A program made the position numbers and the translations under genes. Below, piece by piece: positions 36,937-49,339 of a DNA stretch of 64,000 nucleotides. Origin of the DNA: Macrostomum lignano (Eukaryota); the NCBI GenBank assembly GCA_002269645.1, contig NIVC01000983.1:248001-312000 (forward strand), written 5' to 3'. Every line of letters starts with the position of its first letter. Position 1 is the stretch's first letter. Under the pieces are notes generated by a model that did no database searches, was not told the DNA's origin, and worked only from the letters and a program-made list of their open reading frames with translations.

Positions 36937-38676
36937 ATGTTCTACCGAACGTTGCCTTTGCTGCTTCTGCTGCTAGTGGCGTCGATGCTGATAGTTGACA
37001 CCGAGGCCGGCCGCCGGCGCGGTCGTCGCCGAGATCCGCGCGTCTACGATTCCCGACCGTCCGATCTTGATCACGACTACGATGACGACGATGACGATGA
37101 CGATGATGATGACGATGACGATGACAAGGACCACACTCCTGGCTATGACCGGGAGGCTTTCCTTGGTAAGAATGTACTACTCGAAGCTCGTAGCATAGCT
37201 AATTGGCATTGATATTCGGTGCTCTTTCTCCGGCCTTTAAGCACCAATCCTTGAGTCTGTAAGCAGCTCCATTCCTCAGGTCTTTGACCATGATCCAACC
37301 CTCAAGTTTTAAAGCTCTACTTTCTCGTGTTTCTGTATCACCCGACATTACGAGCGTATTCTATTCTAAAGTCCTCGGGACATAAGGTATTATTATGCGC
37401 TCATAATTAAAGTGGCTTTTTCTGAAGATTCGATTAAGGCTTAAAACATTTACTTCTGCCGCAATAAAAACAGGAAGCGAAGGTGCGCGCAAATTTGACG
37501 AAATGACGCCCAATGAGGCCAAGGACGCACTGCTCCAGCTTCTGCCAAAGATTGACCTCAATAACGACACAAAGATCAGCCAAGATGAGCTGCAGAAGTG
37601 GCTGGCAGCTGTCGCTCGACGTGAGAGCCGCCTAGCGTCCGATAAACGCTTCGAGGCAGTTAAGCTATTCAACCATGAGCTGGACGTCAACGCACCGCTG
37701 ACCTTGTGAGAATTGGCTTTGAGTCAGAGAGGTCCCGTTCCGTATTCGAGTTCGTATATAGTACGAACGAGTAAACTTTTAACTTGATACTACTCCCTTG
37801 GTCCCTACTCGTAATTTACATCGCTCCACCCTCCGTTCAATTCACCAGCGACCAATACAAGAAATCCATTCACCATGACATGGTTGGAGGCCAAGGAACG
37901 AACAAGCAGGCCCTTGAAGAGTTCAAAAATCGCACAATGCGCGACCAGGCTCGCTGGGCAAAGGCCGACGCCAACGGCGACCGCTTGCTTAACAAAGATG
38001 AGTTCGCCGACTTTCTCCACCCGGAGGAGTCGCCAAGAATGCGCGACGTTGTCATCCAGGAGGCCATGATCGTTACGGATAAGAACAAGGATGGCAAAGT
38101 TGACTTGAACGAGTTCATGAACGACCTGTACCCTAGCTATGAAGCCGACGTGAAGGCGAAGAAAAAGTTGCCAAATTGGGTGGAGAAGGAGGAGAAACAG
38201 TTTAAGGTGAAGCATTACAGTTAACTTTATATTTACATGCATGACCTTAGGCCATTAATGGTCTGCCGTGAGTGCCGATGTCCGTTCCCAGTCCTTCAAA
38301 GTGCATGGTCTACTACTTCTACATTCATTAATTCGTTTTTCTATTTTTTATCTCAGGAGAAGATCGACGTGAACAAGGATGGCGTTCTTGATCCAGCAGA
38401 GGTGTACAAGTGGATCGTACCCGAAGATTACGATAATTCGCGCAAGGTAGATTTTATTATTATATGTTGTGCGAAAATATGTTTCGAAGCTACTTATCGT
38501 AATAAAAGTCTTCTAAAACGCTATATAATAACTTTGCCTAGGAAACCGAGCACCTGCTGAAACTGGCCGACAAAGACAACGACAAGAGTCTAAGCCGCGA
38601 TGAGATCATGAACAACTGGCAGACTTTCGTCGGGCACAAGCCGGAATCTAGCAGCTCTCACCACGACGAGCTTTAG
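36937..38676 (+). CDS. CALU: Calumenin/reticulocalbin (CREC family) multi-EF-hand ER protein, about 347 aa; symbol is family-level
   Basis: Exons 36937-37165, 37474-37705, 37849-38206, 38357-38446 and 38542-38676, phase-consistent. Signal peptide; YDREAFLG..GARKFDEMTP; EF hands DLNNDTKIS, DANGDRLLN, DKNKDGKVD, DVNKDGVLD and DKDNDKSLS; C-terminal HDEL. Confidence 0.92.
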
Positions 38677-40251
38677 GAAGCCAGCTATTGTCTATAGCTG
38701 GTCGGCACTTCGATTTAATAAAGCTGTCTAATCTACTGACAATTATATATTTCTATGTCTGCTCGTTAATATTCAGCCTATTATAAAAGTACTGTTTAAT
38801 GTTTCTTGATTCCAATGCCAATTTGCAGAAGCAAATAGATTTTAGGTAAATTAGTATCATTATAGTGACTAAATAAAAATCATCTAAAATGTCAAATGAA
38901 GACGTCAAAGAACAATTGAACTAGTTAATGTATGCATTCAACAAGCATTACGTTGATAAAGTGAAATGAAAACGTTCTTCTATTAGATATTAAAGCAATA
39001 TAGGATTGTATTTAATTCTTTCTAAATATTGCTGAGCGTAAAGGCATTTTAATATTTTTTGCAGGACTGATTTTAGTCAGATGCGCAGGTTAAATAATAA
39101 AATGAAATTCTAACTGCACAAAAATTCTGCACACCATCAATTACCTACGCTTGGAATCCTTAGAAAAAACAAAATAGCATCCATAAACGCTTACGGGTGA
39201 TTAATTTACTGTGCCGTTAAACAAGTTGAAAACAAAGTGCATCTGGGAGGGGTCGACTGAGCGTTGCTAACAGGCGAAAGCCGTTAGCCAATAGTAATCT
39301 AGCTGGGTTAGCCGGAATAGTCTGCCTGCCGGCCAGGGAGGGAGGTGGGGTTGGGTGGGTTGACTGACCGGCGAGAAAATCGATTCGCTTCACCCACCTC
39401 AGTCAACACTGCACTAAGAGGGCCAGGAGGGGACTGGGTTAAAGAGCCGACTAAAAATCGATAAAAACACATCTACCTCACGCCAGACAGCAGATTAAAA
39501 ACAGATAAGGGAAATTCCGTTACACTTACACTTTGACTGCTAGTTAAGGATTCTAAGACCAAGAAAAGACCTCTCTTTTCTACGAAATAAAGGCAATATT
39601 TCACATCACTGGCTTGGTTAGCTACATTAGCTACATGCATTTTAGCCTCTAATGAAGTTGAGAGTGAACTTTACTAGTTTACACATTTTATAAGTTAAAA
39701 GCAGCTTCAATTAAGAAAAGAATTAATTGCATTTTACCAGATTAATAAGTATACGGCAACACTTCGAAGAAGCTACAAGGCGGAAAATTTTACACACGTA
39801 CAAGCATAAACAGACTAGACTTGAGATATAATTAATGACAAACTCTGCCATGCGGTTTGAGACAGAAGTCTTAGCTTAAACACCGGGAAATCCAACGCTT
39901 GCATCATCCAATGTTTTGAACAGGCTGGTTAAGTCTGGTTAAGCACGTCTGACGGTCCAATCTTACTTACAGAAGGCGAACAAAAGGAAGACAAAAAATA
40001 ATAAAATTAATTATTGACGGCATTCAATTTGAAGCAACTGATAAACAAAGACTAAGTAAAAAGGTAGCTGACACGCCTGACACCGTGGAAAGTAACAGAA
40101 AAGTACGCACATAAGGACTTCAAACCAAAGGACGAAAATTTCGGATGATGATCCCAAGTCGATTTTTTGCTAGGAAAAAATATGCGCACTACACTACTTA
40201 GCGCGCCCAGTAAGTAGCATGTAAGTGCAAAAGTACTACGCTTAGATAATT

Positions 40252-42365
40252 TTAATTGGTCTTTTTGCTACCATTATTAGCGCCGTCGCTTGCCTCCGCA
40301 GTTCCTGTGGACGAAGCCGCCGCCGTCGACGCCACCGCCGGAGTTTTAGTTGTCGACCAGTCGTAGCTGATGACCGGCACAAACGACTCTAAAACCCCGA
40401 CATCCTCAGTGAGATTTGGTAGAAACCAAAAGTGCAGCCGACCAAGACTCAAACACCAGATTAGGCCGAATAAAGGATATCGCAGTAGAGACAGGCTGAT
40501 GAGGCCACCGAGGAGGCAGAGTGCGCCGATTGACAGGTAATAAGTGCCTGACAACAGGGGAATGGGGTTATTAATAATGAATAATGATATCAAATTTCCT
40601 AGAATTTTAAGCTTCAATATTTAACCGAACTTATAAACTGCATTAAGCTTACGGAGCTATCAAGACTACGAATTACAATTACGTATCCTTATAAAATTAA
40701 GGATTGAGATTGAGAATTAGAATAGCTACCTGTGCGCAGTTGGAGGGGCCACATTGGGAACAGGCACAGCAGAATGGAGCCGAGAACCATCAGGAATCCC
40801 AGCACAACATTCCTAGGCCGGGTTGGATCGTAATGCCAGATGTAAACCTCGCCGGCATTTGGCACAAACGCCTGCAACTCGTGAATCTCCAGGCGCGGCC
40901 GGCCGCGCTTTCGTTTCTCTTGGCGCTCGCGGGCGCGCTTCTCGCGCCGTTCGCGGGCCGCCGCGGCTTCGTCATCAACGGCGGCGACTTTCGCGGTCGA
41001 ATCTTCCTTGGATGACTGCTGGTCGGCCTTTTCGATTGCCTTCTCATCGCGCTTGCTGCCGGTCTGAAAATGGGACAGGGGAAATTAACAATGCAGGCCT
41101 TCAATAACTACCTAGATAAATAATTTAAGGCCTTAAACGACTGTCACCGTCTACTTAATATCTAATCTGCCTTAAGTGAGTCAAATTAATATTCCCATCT
41201 AGTCTACTTTCCTGATCCGCTTTGATAAATTCTACTTTATATCCCAATCTAATCATTATCTCCACTCTACATCCCCATTTACTCATTATCCCCATTCTAA
41301 ACTCTAATCTACTCATTATCTTTATTCTAAACCCCAATCCACTCATTATCTCCATTTTAAACTCCAATCTACTCACTATCTTCATTCTAAACCCCAATCT
41401 ACTCATTATCTTCATTCTAAATCCGAATCTACTCATTATCTTCATTCTAAACTCCGATCTACTCATTATCTTCATTCTAAATCCCAATCTACTCACTATT
41501 CTCTATTCTAAACCCCAATCTACTCACTATCTTCATTCTAAACCCCAATCTACTCATTATCTTCATTCTAAATCCCAATCTACTCATTATCCCTATTCTA
41601 CATCTTAAACAACTCATCATCCCCATTCTACACCCTAATATACTCATTATCAACGGTCGATATCCCAGTCATACTACACACACACGGGGACGGGGTGTAC
41701 AGCGGCCATGAGTTTCTTATCCTCAGAAAAGTACAGTCAAAACACCTTAAGAGGTTGGTCGTCATGAGTAGGAATCTCTAATCACACGAGAAGCTACAGG
41801 CACAAAATGCACAATCATTGTGAACGATTGGAATATACGGATTATAAACGCGTTACATCAGAGCTACTTTGCCCCTCACAAAAAAAACTAAAACATATTC
41901 ACTGTTGCAGGCTCTTTATCAACAGGGAAGCACAAGCAATCATTTTTTACCTCCTCCCCTAACAGATGAGGCTAAGATTTGCTTCTCTGCCCTCCTCTGC
42001 ATAAGCCTCACCTTATCCTCGCGCCTGCTCGATCGCTTGTCTTTTTGCAATTTCAACGCCCGCTGGAACAGACCCTTGGCCAGCAGGGTCGACATCAGCT
42101 GGGTCGCCGCTCTGGCATCCTTGATCACCGCCTCTTTGCCGTCCTTTCCGGGCGAGGCGAATCGCGATTTAAGCAGAAATTCAATAGCTTCATCGGCTAG
42201 AAATATTCCAACTTTCATGCCGGCTAGTTTCCCCTCCTTGCTAGGCAGTTCCCATAGCAACGCCTTGGCAACGGCCTCTTCGTCGGGCGTGAGTTTGCAG
42301 GGATCCTCAGCGGCATCAATGGCAGCTGATTTTCGCTTGCTTTTGCGCTTAGCAACCTCCGACAT
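40252..42365 (-). CDS. SEC62: Translocation protein SEC62, about 327 aa
   Basis: Exons 42365-42012, 41063-40730 and 40547-40252. Motifs EVYIWHYDP, ILLCLFPMWP and YYLSIGA...LRYPLFGLIW...HFWFLPNLTEDVGVLESFVP; two transmembrane segments. Confidence 0.93.
41230..41650. repeat. 30-bp minisatellite (SEC62 intron 1)
   Basis: Unit CTACTCATTATCTTCATTCTAAACCCCAAT, about 13 copies. Confidence 0.9.
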
Positions 42366-43322
42366 GGCTGATTTTTTAGCTGTCACTCAGCTGTCTGATA
42401 GCTGGCTTCTTGGTTGAATAAAATTTATTGTATTTTCTGCAGGATTTGTTTTATTGCAGAGCACACAATTAAATGATGGGATTAACAGTTTGGTCTCATA
42501 AATAATGCTGTAGGCCCTAGTATCTATGCAATTATGTTGCTAATGGTAAACAAGGTGGATATATGCCTTTATGGATCTTCACTTACTGGCAGATCTAGGG
42601 GGTTAAAGGAGTCAGCTGACTCCTCAAGAATAATATTGGGTCTACTAATGCTATTACTACTTTTTAGCCTATACTGTGAACATTTCCATATTTACCAAGG
42701 CTTAAAATTTTGTTTTTTAAAGGAAGAGACCACTAATTTATAAGCAATGCCATCATGTTTTGTTTTATTAATGAATATAATGTTTAGATACATGGAATAT
42801 TGGTGAACTATGAATTGAACAGTTGTTAGAAAATTTTAAATAAATATATAGGGTATAGTTTATAAGTTGCAACCATGTTAAAAGAAAATAGCTAACATTA
42901 AAAAGGACAAAATTGCAAGAAACTAGCATTTGCATATTTTGCTTTTATATTCAATTGGATTTTTTTTGGTTTTTCTACATTGCATTTTTATCAATATAAT
43001 GCTAGCCAACTATAAATCTTAGCTATTTCTATACAAAAATACATTAAGGATATAAATTTTAGTGTTCCACCATAAGGAGGTTCCATGTGCCATAGCCATA
43101 GCTGTAACTGTAAGCAAAACTATGGCTTATTCCAATTCTCCATATTCTATAGCCATAGAGACCCCAATATTATCATATTCCATAGTTCCCATAGCCATAG
43201 CCATAGTCTTAAAAAAAAGTCTAGGAAACAAAATATTTTGAACCAGGAAGATAACCTGGCACTTAAACAATTGCAAAAATAAGGTACAAAATAAAACAAA
43301 AACTTGATTGCCTTTGTAAGAT

Positions 43323-43613
43323 CATACATGCCCAACCTCCAAAATTTGGTCAGCCATACAACTTAGTTTTAACAAAAATATGACGTAGTTTTTGGCCAAA
43401 AATGCAACTTACATGTAAAAAAACCCTAAAGCAAAATTAATGCAATTTGGGTAAATGGCAGAAGTAACTATAACTGTCTTATTAAGCCAAAATGCCTTGT
43501 CAGCTACTTAGTACTACTACTACTTGGTTATTTTTTCGGGTGGGCATTTTTGCGACTTCCTTGGTTGGCTGCCAAATTGGTCGGCTAGATTGGTCAACTG
43601 TTGCGCATGTATG
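43323..43613. mobile_element. MITE, CATACATGCGCAAC family
   Basis: TIR CATACATGCCCAAC ... GTTGCGCATGTATG; perfect TSD TGTAAGAT; internally similar to 47739-48036. Confidence 0.88.
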
Positions 43614-45368
43614 TGTAAGATTATATTTCATCTTTTTACAGAGTAACAATACTTAATCACTACTGAAAGTACTACTGCTGAACTTTTTCACATTAATAAA
43701 AGTTAGGGTTTGCAAATGTTTTGTTGTACTTTATTAGGTGTAATTTATAAGTTTCTAAGCCTAATATAGTTTACCAAAGTATCTTTGTTTTACTCTACCT
43801 GTTTCTAATACTTTTTTAATTTTTTTAAATTAATAACTATAGCTATGGGAATCTATGGAATATGACAGCAACTACCCTATTTTCATAGTTGTAGCCATAA
43901 GAGCAGCTATCTACCATAGGCATATCTGTAGTTGCCATAGGCACCTATTTTACCATATTTGCCATAGGATCCTGTAGCCATAGTTGTAGCTATGGTAGAA
44001 AAGTAATAAATTTGCTATTACTATTATTGCTAAAAAAGTGAAAACCTATACAATTGATCAAATCTATACTGGATTGCTTTAAGACTTAAGAAGTTTGGTA
44101 GTGTTACTAAGGCATGCATAAGTCAAAAAAGAGCTGTGACTGCCTATGAGAACTGAGAATATTGCTAACAAGGTTTGAGCCTAGGTGCATTGCAATTCAG
44201 TGACTAATAAGAGTAATAGCCAAAGAGATGCAGCTTTTAGAAAAGTCTATGAGGCAAATGAGAGATCAGAGAAGATAGGCTCTAAGTCTTCTCAAAGTCT
44301 GATCCAATGCTTTAAGAGAAAAGTGCAAGTCTTAAACAAGGAAACAAGATAGAAATGCCACTTTTGCATCTAAGTTCTATATTCTATATTTCAAGATGCA
44401 AAACCAATCATTTTACTGATAAAAAGATTTCATATTAGGTCATCATTTCAATGTGCAAAATGATAAGGCCATCAAAAATGCAAACAATATTTTTAATCAA
44501 GAGTTTATATAAGAAAGAGCAAGAAGGCTAGAGCCAAAGGTTTGGGCTAATATAGCAACTGATGAACAAAATAATACTTGTGATCATTGGCAAAAATAGA
44601 CTGAAGATCAATGCTAATATCCATATTGCACAATTAGTATTAGACTTATTTCTACCATGGGCAAAATAATTTTATTGGCCTAGAATTTCTCATATAAATT
44701 TAAAAGGATAATTTTTCATATAAATATCTTATAGTAATTATCATCCAGTCTTTTTATGATCTAAATATTTAGACCCTATTTATTGTTATTAGTAGTATAT
44801 AAAAATGCATTCTTTCAATTTTATTATCTAGAAAATTATTGAAATTGGGCAGGCCAATGATTCCTAATATTTAACATATTAAGATATTTACTTGCATATT
44901 ACTAATAGTAGGCCTAATACTTATTTATTTACATATTTCATACCACATTATGAGTTAGAATAATGGTCAGAATATTCCAAGTTAGAAAAAGTTTAAGAGG
45001 TTCAATACTATTATAGACAAGAATAATTTATAAAACAATTAGTATTAGTACTACTATTAATAGGCCAGGCCTAACACTTGCACAAATCAAACCATGTATA
45101 ATTTTATAACTTTTTTTGCAATTGTCTTTATACAAAAGAAAAATATAAGATTTTTAAACCATAAGTTTTAGCATTTTTTTGCAAAAAATCTAAAAAGCTA
45201 GAAACTATACAACTGAGTATTTTGCTATACAAAAACTACTAGGCCTACACAAACACTACATCTGCATTTTATATAAGTTTATTTTAGTTTATAATGTATA
45301 CCTATAATAATTTTTTTATATAAGTATTACAATATTTTACTATTTTACACAAAATTTTGTGTACAGAC

Positions 45369-45958
45369 AAGTGATGGATTCGAATATTTAGATTTGGATT
45401 CTGAATCCAAAAGTCTCACTTTTTTAGAAATCCAAATGTTTTGGATTTGGAAATTTTATTTTCCTGAATTTCCAAATGTGCTTTCAAATGCATTCAACCT
45501 AAAGTGGCAAAAACATTTAATCGCAGCAATCATTGTTTAAGTGTAATCATCACTTGAACTTTGTGCATGCACTACTATACACGGTAAAGTTATCAAATTG
45601 CACAAACTTAATGTCAGTTAGTAAATTAGTAGGCCTAATGCTAATTGGAATTAGTTAGATTAGATATATAAGAATTGAGTTCAATTTTAAGTTTAATTTA
45701 ATTCAGATACTAGCTAGATATAGTATAAGCCCGAGATTAGCTTAAATCTTGTCACTAAATTAATGTACAGGTACAGCACTAATACAATTACTAATTAGAT
45801 GACGAAGCATTTTCGTGACTGAAAGGTGTCAAAGTACTCCCGCCGTTTACCTTTTACTCTTGTCTACATTCGGATATTCGAATTCGGATTCAGAATTTTT
45901 TGTACATTCGGATTCGGTTCGGAAACTTGCAAAAATCTATATATTCGGTCCATCACTA
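45369..45958. mobile_element. hAT-like MITE (TAGTGATG TIR)
   Basis: Left end AAGTGATGGATTCGAATAT; right end ATATTCGGTCCATCACTA; perfect 8-bp TSD GTACAGAC; ATTCGGAT subterminal repeats. Confidence 0.8.
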
Positions 45959-47209
45959 GTACAGACTACATAGGCCTAGAAATCTTTAGATCCTCAAAAT
46001 ATTAGGACAGATATCATTTCTGGAATGATTTTATGAGGAATCAAGAACTAAAAGTTTTAATGGTCAATGGTGTAGGTTTAATAGATACCATTTAAAAATT
46101 CAGGTGACAAGAGTGTCAAAACCTTATATTGGTTTTGACAATACTACAGGACACTAAGTTGTTTCTTCGAAAGAAGTTGTTTAAACCACGTAAAGAAATA
46201 GTTTACTCTAAAGTTGCCTAAATTTTTGTAAAAGTAAAAATGCTTTTAATTGCAATGTAGGTTTTGCTTTTTTGTAGATAGCTGTGTATTTTATATTACA
46301 TTTTTTTGTTTAAAATGTAGTGCGATTATAACTTTTTTAAAACTGTTGAAAGTAAATTTTAATTCCTTTAAAAATACAATAAATGAAGCATTTTAAAAGA
46401 TTTAAATTAAGAAAGAGCGTTTAAGAAAGGAAGCGTTTTAAAATAGTGACTAGACAAATAACAACGTTGTTTGGTTATTTGTCCAGTTATTGGATAAATA
46501 GACATGTTTGACTACCCTATTCCTCGGTCTCGTTAATACCAGACAAATAGGCATTTTGTTATCTAATATCTATCTAATAAAAGTTGATAGGCATAGGGCC
46601 TAACAATAATTATCTATTTTACAATGAATAGGCCTTGTTACTAGAATTTATAGACTTCTTAGAAACCTACTCGAATCTTGATTATTTTATTGTTATACTA
46701 GGGCCTACAACTACTTAGAATTAGATAAAGTATGCCTTAGGAATTAATAGAAGTATGCCCCTACTCAGCAATTAATTAGTCTTTACTTAATTTTTTGGCA
46801 GTTGTTATTGTTACGGTGACCATACAAATAACAAAACGGTTATTTTTATGGTTAACGCATAAGACACTATGCGGGCCTATGGTCTTTACTTAGGCCTAGG
46901 CCTAATGTAACCGTATAAATATCAAAACTTTTACTTTTATGGTCATTGTAGGTAAGAAGCAAAATGGCTATTTTTATGGTCATGTGGAAAAAGTTTCTGG
47001 TAAATTACAAGGTGATAGTTAACAATTACCTATAAAATAAGCTACCATGACAAGAACCACTAGAAGTTACTATCATATTTATTAATAAAATGTTTCTTTA
47101 TTTTTTAAATTTAACCATCATAGTATTTGCACAGAAAGTTTGTCACTTCATTTAGATGGTATTTGTTTTAAGTGTTAACTGTAAAAATAACCCTCTCGCT
47201 ATTTATATG

Positions 47210-48070
47210 CCATAGTCAGGAAGGTGTCCTATATGCTGGAAAATTCCAGCGTGCATTTACATTAGATAAATTTTGGCATACATTATTGGTGTGCAAATTT
47301 TGGTATACCAAAATGATTGGCGTACCTATTGGATAGCATCCTTGTACGCCGTACAAAGGGTTATTGTTCAAATTGCTTTGTTGTGTCATGATAATACAAT
47401 ACTGAAATACGTGAAGTCAAAAAAATTGATATTAAAAATCTTTTTTAGTTATCTTACTTTTTTAGAATTTTATGCTCAAAGGAAAATTTATTTATAAAGT
47501 AAATTTGCAAATATAATCTAAAACCCCCTCGCTTTTAATTAGTACAATTTTTACTTTGTTTATTAACACCCATTTTCCACTATAGTTTAAAAAATATTAA
47601 TCGCAATTTTTTAATAGCGATTTATTACCGAATTTGGCCTACAATTTGGCGTACCTGTAGAGTTTGGAAAATCGAGTTCCGAAAGATTGGCGTACATCAG
47701 CCTGCACATGAAGCCTTTCCTCGGCGTACATTCCAGGGCATACATGCGCAACCTCCAAAATTCGGTCAGCCGTGCGACTTAGTTTTAACAAAAATGCGAC
47801 GTAGTTTTTGGCCAAAAATGCGACTTACATGTAAAAAAACCCTAAAGCAAAATTAACGCAACTTTGGGTAAACAGCAGGAGTAACTATGACTGTATTATT
47901 AAGCCAAAGTGACTCGTCAGCTACTTAGTACTACTACTTGGGTATTTTTTCGGGTGGGCATTTTTGCGACTTCCTTGGTTGGCCGCCAAATCGGTTGGCC
48001 AGATCGGCCAACTCGGCCGACTGTTGCGCATGTATGTTCCAGGGTGTATGGGACACCTTCCTGACTATGG
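47210..48070. mobile_element. CCATAG-TIR MITE containing a nested CATACATG MITE
   Basis: TIR CCATAGTCAGGAAGGTGTCC at both ends; TSD TTTATATG/TTTATACG; internal TGGCGTAC repeats. Confidence 0.8.
47739..48036. mobile_element. MITE, CATACATGCGCAAC family (nested)
   Basis: Perfect 14-bp TIRs; perfect TSD TTCCAGGG (47731-47738 and 48037-48044). Confidence 0.9.
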
Positions 48071-48572
48071 TTTATACGGTCATTGTAACAATAGCAACAG
48101 TAATTTTTTTTGCAAAAGTAAAAAAATATAAGCAAATTAAGGTTTTCTTGTATTTTTAAATAGGCCTATATTGGCCTACAATATATAGTCAACATATAAA
48201 ATGAAAACTCTATGTGTATGTATACAAATTATTGTGCTATAGACTCTTAATATATCCTTAACTACTTTAAAATGAATTATATCAAGTTTTGCACCCACCC
48301 TAAGTAGGTCTAGGGACTTAGTGAGATTTTGAAAGTTGAAAATAATGCAGAAAAAATGAAAATTCCTAAAACTTTTTCAATTCAATGTTGAACTGGTTTT
48401 ATAAAAGGCCACACTTAGAGACATGGCGACTATGTCTAAAATGTAGAAACTTATAGACATGGCCACCATGTCTATAAGTATTTGCATTATAGACACAGCC
48501 GCTATGTCTATAGGTATGGACCTAGTCACTATTAGAGACATGGCCGCTGTGTCAATGAAACTTATACAGCAG

Positions 48573-49339
48573 CCATAGTCCAGAAGAGGGGTGGTATGCC
48601 AGCATACATGCGCAACCTTGGGAATCACTCGGCCATTTCTATTGGCAACACACACATGTAAGTTGCTATTGGCTGAGAGCAGTCACGTGACTACTATTCC
48701 GTCCAATAGCCACTTACATGTGTGTATATGTTGCCAATAGAAATGGCCAGGTGAATCCCTAGGTTGCACCCAAGCATGTACGCCAGATTAATCCGGCATA
48801 CACTCACAACTTTTAGCATATACTTGGCATACAATTTTTTACTTTTTGAAATCTGGCATACTTATCTGGTATATAAAAATGCTTATTCAAAAAGTGGCAT
48901 ATATGTTCCTGTAGTTGCGGAATCAAATTAAATAGTCTAAGAAAATAGTGTGCATGCAATTAATAGAATCATGCAAGAGTTCATGAAAAGTACAAAAAAC
49001 ATAAAACAAGTTCATTTTCAAGTGTAAATTTCAAGGCTTCTAGGTTTTGAGAGCTCATAATAGAAAATTTAAACAAATCTTTGCATGTATTAAGTTTTGC
49101 CTATAAATAATATCAGCAAAAAAGCAAAAGTATCAATTATATTATTAGCTCAAAAGGGTTACTTTACACAATTTAAGAGAATAACATACATTGTCGCAAC
49201 ATAAAAAAGGTCATTTATTGTTGCAACACCAGGGTGGATTTGAGAGTGAGCGTGCACTCAAACTTTGGCGTACACTGGCATACCAAAAAATTGAGAGAGA
49301 TTTTAGTCCGGTGTACATTCAGGGTGTTCTGAACTATGG
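48573..49339. mobile_element. Second CCATAG-TIR MITE containing a nested hairpin MITE
   Basis: Left end CCATAGTCCAGAA; right end TTCTGAACTATGG; TSD TACAGCAG/CACAGCAG; internal TGGCATAC/TGGCGTAC repeats. Confidence 0.7.
48603..48778. mobile_element. Hairpin-type MITE, CATACATG family (nested)
   Basis: Near-identical to 6135-6306; TSD TATGCCAG/TACGCCAG. Confidence 0.85.
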
